Assembly: GCA_039810425.1 (NCBI GenBank)
Contig: JBDHWW010000001.1
Span: 32,001-96,000, forward strand
Source: Pseudobdellovibrionaceae bacterium
Lineage (GTDB): Bacteria; Bdellovibrionota; Bdellovibrionia; Bdellovibrionales; Bdellovibrionaceae
Direction of reading: 5' to 3'
DNA: 64,000 bases
Part shown: one piece after another, positions 58,958 to 64,000 of the stretch
How positions within the stretch are numbered: the stretch's first letter is position 1
Layout: every line of letters begins with the position of its first letter
The notes under the pieces: model-generated
Seen by the model: the letters and a program-made list of their open reading frames with translations, nothing else
The model's database searches: none
Told to the model about the DNA's origin: nothing
Translations under genes and position numbers: made by a program

Positions 58958-61323
58958 ATGAGGCTTTTCAAACATTTTACTTCGAATCAAAATATCAATT
59001 CTGCCCTATTTCCAGCAGTGTCCTTTATTGCTTTCTCGACGTTGCTATATGAAGTTTTACTATCTCGAATCTTAGCAGTAACAGTTTGGTATCACTTTGG
59101 TTTTGCAATTGTTTCCTTGGCTATGCTGGGTGTTTCCCTGGGCGCGATACTTTGCCCACGATTTAAAAACAAAATGTCTGTCATGGCGGGTCTTTTTGCC
59201 ATATTTGCGCTTGTTTCTATTGTGGTTCACCTTCAAATACAGCTTCCACCGGCAACAAATCAGATCTATTTGGGGTCGGCAATTTTAGGCCAGCTTTTTA
59301 TTTTTTTTTAACGTTTATATTTTCAGGAATTTGTCTCGGCGCAGTTTTTGTTCGATTCACCCAAGACCTTCATAAAATTTATTTTTTTGACATGGTCGGC
59401 GCGTCCTTAGGGTGTCTTTGCCTGATTCCACTGCTTTATATGTTTGATGGGCCGTCTCTTATTTTCTTGGTCTTTTCTTTCGCGTGCCTGGCGGCATCGG
59501 GATTTGCGATTGTGGAGAAGAGAAAGCGTGCGCCTTTTATGTGGCTGGCCATGATGGTTGTGGGAGTTTGCTTATTCTACGTTGATCAGCAAAAGGAGCT
59601 TTTGAGCATCACGAAAATTAAGTCGTATATGTTAGGAGAGTTTCAGACAGCCGAGGAACCGAAGGTTTTCGAAAAGTGGAGTCCCGTGTCGCGCGTCGCC
59701 GTCTTTGGACCTGTTTTCGGAGGTCGAGATTTAGTATTGACGTCAGATGGCGGAGCTCCGACTCTTCTTAGAAAGTTTGATGGAAACTACTCTAAGATTG
59801 CTGAAAGAAAGACGGACTGTCGTCAAATAGGACAGCGGCTCTCGTCGGGGGGAAATGTTCTTGTGATTGGATCCGCCGGAGGCACGGACGTTCTTATGTC
59901 CTTGGCGCTTGGGAAAGAAAAAATCACCGCAGTGGATATCAACCCGGTCACTGCGGATCTCGTCAAGGGGCGATACTCCAACTATATTGGAAATATCTTT
60001 CATGATCCAAGGGTCACCTTGCATGTTCAAGATGGCCGGAATTTCGTTGCATCAACTAAAGAAAATTATGATCTTATCCATCTTACAATGGTGGATAGCT
60101 GGACGGGGGCATCTGCAGGAGCCTTTGTTTTTAATGAAAATACTCTTTATACAAAAGAAGCTATTAAGGAGTTCACCCAGCACTTGAATCCAAATGGAAT
60201 ACTGTCAATCACCCGCTACTCGTATTGGAGCGAGGGGTTGCGTTTAGTGAATACATTGGTCGAGTCCTTGGAGGAATCCGGCATTAAAAATTATTCCCAA
60301 AGGCTCTTGGTGGTTTTGGAAAAGGATAAAGACTTTCCGCGGGTTACTATTTTATTAAAAAATGGCGTCTACTCAGCCACTGAACTAAAGAGCTTTTCCA
60401 ATTTAACCCAAGATTGCGGAGGTGCGGTGGTTTTCGCTTCAAATGTGATCACAAATCTTGATGATCTAAATTGGGCCTCCCAAAACATCAGACGCTTTTT
60501 AGCTATCGCTGAGAATGCACAGGCAAGAAGCGAGTTCGTCGGATCTTATGATAAGAATATTGAGGCGTGCACAGACGATAAACCTTTTTTCTTTTTTACA
60601 ACGAAGTTCTCCAATCTTGTAGGAGATCCCCAAGAACATGCCGCCAGAAGGTATTCCATTCTAAGCCTTTTTATTCTTTTAGGAGTCGCACTTTGTTATT
60701 CAGTAGTGATGGCTTTTATCACGGCGAAAAATTTAAAAAAACAAGACAGCGCACCGACAAAAAAATTTAGTATTTGGTATTTCGCCTTGGTGGGCGCGGG
60801 TTTTATGATAATCGAAATTTCTTTTACTCAAAAATTGACGGCGCTTTTGGGGCACCCGGCCTGGTCTTTTTTAGCGGCATTGACGAGCTTTTTGTTCTCT
60901 TCCGCTTGCGGCTCTTACTTCTCAAAAAATGCAAAATCTCTTCAGAAGATTTTAGCCACAGTCGTCTTGATAATTTTCATATACCAAGGATTTCTATACG
61001 ACCAGATGAACTCGTGGATGGCGCTTTCGTTGTGGATGAAATTTGTTTTGGCCATTGTGTTTATCTTTCCACTCGGGTTCTTCATGGGCATGTGCTTTCC
61101 GATGGGAATTCGTTTGCTGGTGCGAAACCGGCCTGAAGGGACCGCCGCAGCCTGGGCCCTCAATGGCGCGTTTTCAGTCGTGGGATCTGTAACGGCTATT
61201 GCAGTCGCCATTTTTTTAGGATTTAAGGCCACCTTGGTTGTAGGTGGTACGCTATATTTAGTGGCGATTGCGATGGTTTGGAATTCCCGCTTAGATTCAA
61301 GCGGGAAGTTATTCGTAAAGTGA
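58958..61323 (+). pseudogene. Membrane spermidine-synthase-like/class I SAM-dependent transferase split by a frameshift at T9 (59301-59309)
   Basis: First part LLYEVLLSRI..V..WYHF.F..VSLAMLG; the -1 frame continues F.G..L......IYFFDMVGASLG, VLVIGSAGGTD, VDINP, DGRNFV, TDDKPFF, AWALNG. Confidence 0.8.
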
Positions 61324-61872
61324 AAACACGAGATGAATGCGATCCTCATTTAATGAGGCGTTCATTGCGGTGTGAAAGACTCCAGTGTCAACTTTATAAA
61401 GCCGTCCAACTTCAGGGAGCTGTTCTAATCCTCCTTCGGAGGTGACATAAAAAGCAGAGCTATTGGTCAAAATTGGAATATGCAGCCGGCATGGAAAATC
61501 GTCTTGATGCCACGAGTAGCATGTTTTAGGTGCGAGCCTTAAGATGCGCACCCTTCCGATATTACCATAATTTAATTGTTTTACCGTCTCTAAAACAGAT
61601 CCTAAATAAGTTCCCTCAATCAGGGGACTATTGTGAACGAACTGGGATTCATGAGCCCACCATCGATTGGTTTTATAGTCGTATAAGCTGCCAACTCCAT
61701 CGGTCAGTAGTTCGTGTGGGTCCACTGGAAGGTGATGTTCTCGGTGCCTTAGGGATATTTGATTTGTTTGCGAAAAAGAGGGGCATTTCTTTGCAAGATT
61801 CTGAATGCACTCATAGAGGTTTGTTGCGTCGAAAATATGCTCTAAAGGGCTTACGGCTGAAAATTTCACCAT
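61309..61872 (-). CDS. AspH-like 2OG-Fe(II) dioxygenase
   Basis: GRVRILRL.PKTCYSWHQD...RLHIPI.TN...DTG..HTAMN....DRIHLV. Confidence 0.85.
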   Translation of the reverse strand: MVKFSAVSPLEHIFDATNLYECIQNLAKKCPSFSQTNQISLRHREHHLPVDPHELLTDGVGSLYDYKTNRWWAHESQFVHNSPLIEGTYLGSVLETVKQLNYGNIGRVRILRLAPKTCYSWHQDDFPCRLHIPILTNSSAFYVTSEGGLEQLPEVGRLYKVDTGVFHTAMNASLNEDRIHLVFSLYE

Positions 61873-62042
61873 TGGGTGAATTTCATGCTAATCTGGAAAC
61901 GAGGCAAGCTTAAAATACCAAGCACTTTATTTGTACTTTTCATGATGAGATATTCGCTTGCGATGTATCCTGGGTGACGGACGGATTTTAAAACATAAGA
62001 ACAACGCTGCACGCCAGATATGGCCTGACATAAAAAATCATT

Positions 62043-63056
62043 CTACCTAAGTAAAGGACCGATAAATTTTCTGCTAGTGGGATCTCTCATTTTATAAAGC
62101 ACACCCTCGAGGTAATAGTGGCCATAGGCAAATAAAAACATGACCGCATTCATAATTTTATATGCGAGAAGATCTGGAGCCTTTCCTCTTAGAAAGAATG
62201 CGGCGATTCCCGCATGTGCGTTCAGTATAAAGGACAATATTAGAAATACGGCGATGCTTGTCGTCAGGACCGACATCGGTAAAGGCCCGGCCGCCGATGT
62301 ATTTTTTCTGATTTTTTGCGCCACCATGTAGTAGTCAAAACCATGAGAGCCGGCGATGGCCATACCAGCTATAGAGGAGTAAAAAGTGAGTGGGAATAGT
62401 AAAGCTCTAGTCATGAATAAACACTTATACTTATTTCGAAAATTAGATCCTATCAAATAGAGACCTATCAGTAAGTGCGGGACAAAAACTCCGAGTCTTA
62501 TCATGCGGGTGGTATTTGAATCGTCAAAGTACCTATTGTTCATTGCCAAGAGGCAGACTTGAATAAATAGAAACACCTCGAAAATACGAAAAAGCCGCTT
62601 TTCAAAGACAATATGTCTGGCGGAAGTGGGGGAAGCCATATCATACATGGTAGCAATCCCGACGACTTGCCTCCAGGCATGAAATACCGGTATGAATATC
62701 CAGGCAAACTTTAGAAGAACCCAAATATCTTTGGAAATCTTTTCGGGGGTAATAAACTTCAAAATAAAAACAAGTGACGCAAGGCAAACCAAAACAAAAG
62801 ACAGAAATGCTAAAAAAAGACGGTCTTTAAGTTTCTCGCTCAGCCAGGACTTCATTTCGGGAAGTGTAAAAAGAAAATAATACGAAATCACAACGTGAAT
62901 GGAATTACCCAAAACAAGCTCGACAATAATTTTAAATTGTCTAGCAGAGTCTACGCTCAAAAAATTTGGCTGATTAACTTGAGTTAGGGCCCCTACTAGG
63001 CACAGAATAACAAGCAAAAATGACCAGAATTCCAACCGTCGCTCAAAAAGTTGCAT
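62043..63056 (-). CDS. Polytopic membrane protein with four helix-embedded His motifs
   Basis: About 9-10 TMs; GNSIHV, FHAWRQ..G, SHGFDY, GHYYLEG. Confidence 0.7.
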   Translation of the reverse strand: MQLFERRLEFWSFLLVILCLVGALTQVNQPNFLSVDSARQFKIIVELVLGNSIHVVISYYFLFTLPEMKSWLSEKLKDRLFLAFLSFVLVCLASLVFILKFITPEKISKDIWVLLKFAWIFIPVFHAWRQVVGIATMYDMASPTSARHIVFEKRLFRIFEVFLFIQVCLLAMNNRYFDDSNTTRMIRLGVFVPHLLIGLYLIGSNFRNKYKCLFMTRALLFPLTFYSSIAGMAIAGSHGFDYYMVAQKIRKNTSAAGPLPMSVLTTSIAVFLILSFILNAHAGIAAFFLRGKAPDLLAYKIMNAVMFLFAYGHYYLEGVLYKMRDPTSRKFIGPLLR

Positions 63057-63081
63057 GCGGTTTAATTTTTAAGGTAATGTG

Positions 63082-63981
63082 ATGCATATGCAAACAAAAA
63101 AATTGTTCGTCATCGCTATACTGTTGATGAGCTCCTCTTCCTCAAACTCGTATTATGAGAAGGCGTCTAAGTCCGGTCCCGGGGTCATGAACGGCATCAA
63201 ATTCGATGACTATAAGGATTTCGATAAAAAATGGAAACTTGTGACAGTGCGCTACCGTCAAGACAGCCATGAGATGAGATTCACATATGCAAATGATATC
63301 GCGTGGAAAGAGATGCAGTCTTTGAAACCCAACTACAACGACGGGGCAATCTTTGCTAAAATAGGATTTATAACGGAGCAGGATCCTGCTTTTCCGAGTT
63401 CCGAGGTTCCATCTGGAACAAAAAGGTATCAGTTTATGGTCAAGGATAAGAACAAGTATAAATCGACAGAAGGGTGGGGCTATGCCCTATTTACGGACGA
63501 GGGAGGTCTTTTTAAGGAGGATTTAGCGGCGAAAACCGTTGCCTGTGCTGCCTGTCATGCATTAGTGCCAGAAAGAAACTTCGTTTTTTCAAGGCCAATG
63601 AGACTTCAATTTGAGAGCGTCTTATCTCAATTGAATAGCAAGAAAATTCTGGATGAAAATTTACCATTTATTGAGAAGCCAGCGAAAGAATTTTCAAAGG
63701 GCTTTCAAGACCATTTAAGCGTAGGTGCAACTCTGGTGAACTCTTTGGACGGTCCACTCAAGAAAAACGCGTTCTCAGGAACACTTGATGAAATTATACC
63801 CGTACTGTTAGAAAAGGCGAAAGCGTCGGGAAGGTCCGCCACACTTTATTTGAATGATAAAAATTATTCCCTGGTAAGCCCACACTTAAAAACTGCAGAT
63901 TGTGAAGATGAAAAGACCCAATTTTCCATCGTAGTCATGTTTAATCAAAAATTAGTTAGGAAAACATCAATTTGCAAGTAG
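63082..63981 (+). CDS. Cytochrome P460 family protein with C-terminal extension
   Basis: Signal peptide; YAN, GAIFAK, FMVKD, GWGYALF, CAACH, FVF. Confidence 0.82.
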   Translation: MHMQTKKLFVIAILLMSSSSSNSYYEKASKSGPGVMNGIKFDDYKDFDKKWKLVTVRYRQDSHEMRFTYANDIAWKEMQSLKPNYNDGAIFAKIGFITEQDPAFPSSEVPSGTKRYQFMVKDKNKYKSTEGWGYALFTDEGGLFKEDLAAKTVACAACHALVPERNFVFSRPMRLQFESVLSQLNSKKILDENLPFIEKPAKEFSKGFQDHLSVGATLVNSLDGPLKKNAFSGTLDEIIPVLLEKAKASGRSATLYLNDKNYSLVSPHLKTADCEDEKTQFSIVVMFNQKLVRKTSICK

Positions 63982-64000
63982 CCGCGAATACTTTGAAATA

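Noticed and set aside
46195..64000. Prophage or mobile-element label for the island
   Set aside because: No structural, replication, integrase or transposase genes and no flanking repeats visible within the window.

Overview
Bacterial chromosomal window, most likely from a Bdellovibrionota (Bdellovibrio-like) predator. This is inferred from gene content, an 'AYNNC' lipoprotein signal, Tad/pilin-like orphans and the absence of dxr from the uppS-cdsA-rseP cluster. Bases 1-46.2 kb are mostly housekeeping: rlmH, comF, lolA, rimO, nadE, rodZ/pilF/ndk, mdh-sucCD, a duplicated Mla/Mce ABC system, CBS/CGL-type sulfur genes, tRNA-Phe, rluD-pgeF, tsaB-rseP, rpsB-tsf-pyrH-frr-uppS-cdsA and an OPT transporter. 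A few secreted hydrolases are interspersed. From 46.3 kb to the end is a visibly AT-richer accessory region made almost entirely of tailoring enzymes with no recognisable scaffold synthase. It holds two radical SAM proteins that are circular permutations of each other, four HxD...H 2OG-Fe(II)/AspH-like dioxygenases, a desaturase, an AsnB-type amidotransferase, a GNAT-like protein and a Tat-signal protein. It also holds a Thr-nucleophile membrane sulfatase-fold enzyme, a T9-frameshifted membrane spermidine-synthase-like protein, a 4-His membrane protein and a cytochrome P460. This region is the best candidate for an undescribed modification system. Other highlights are an unannotated 30-aa Lys-rich microprotein gene with its own promoter, RBS and terminator, and a DUF2844/DUF3443 pair in which DUF3443 carries pepsin-like DTGS/DSGS motifs. 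No CRISPR, rRNA, integrase or transposase was seen. All family calls come from motifs recognised by eye; no searches were run.
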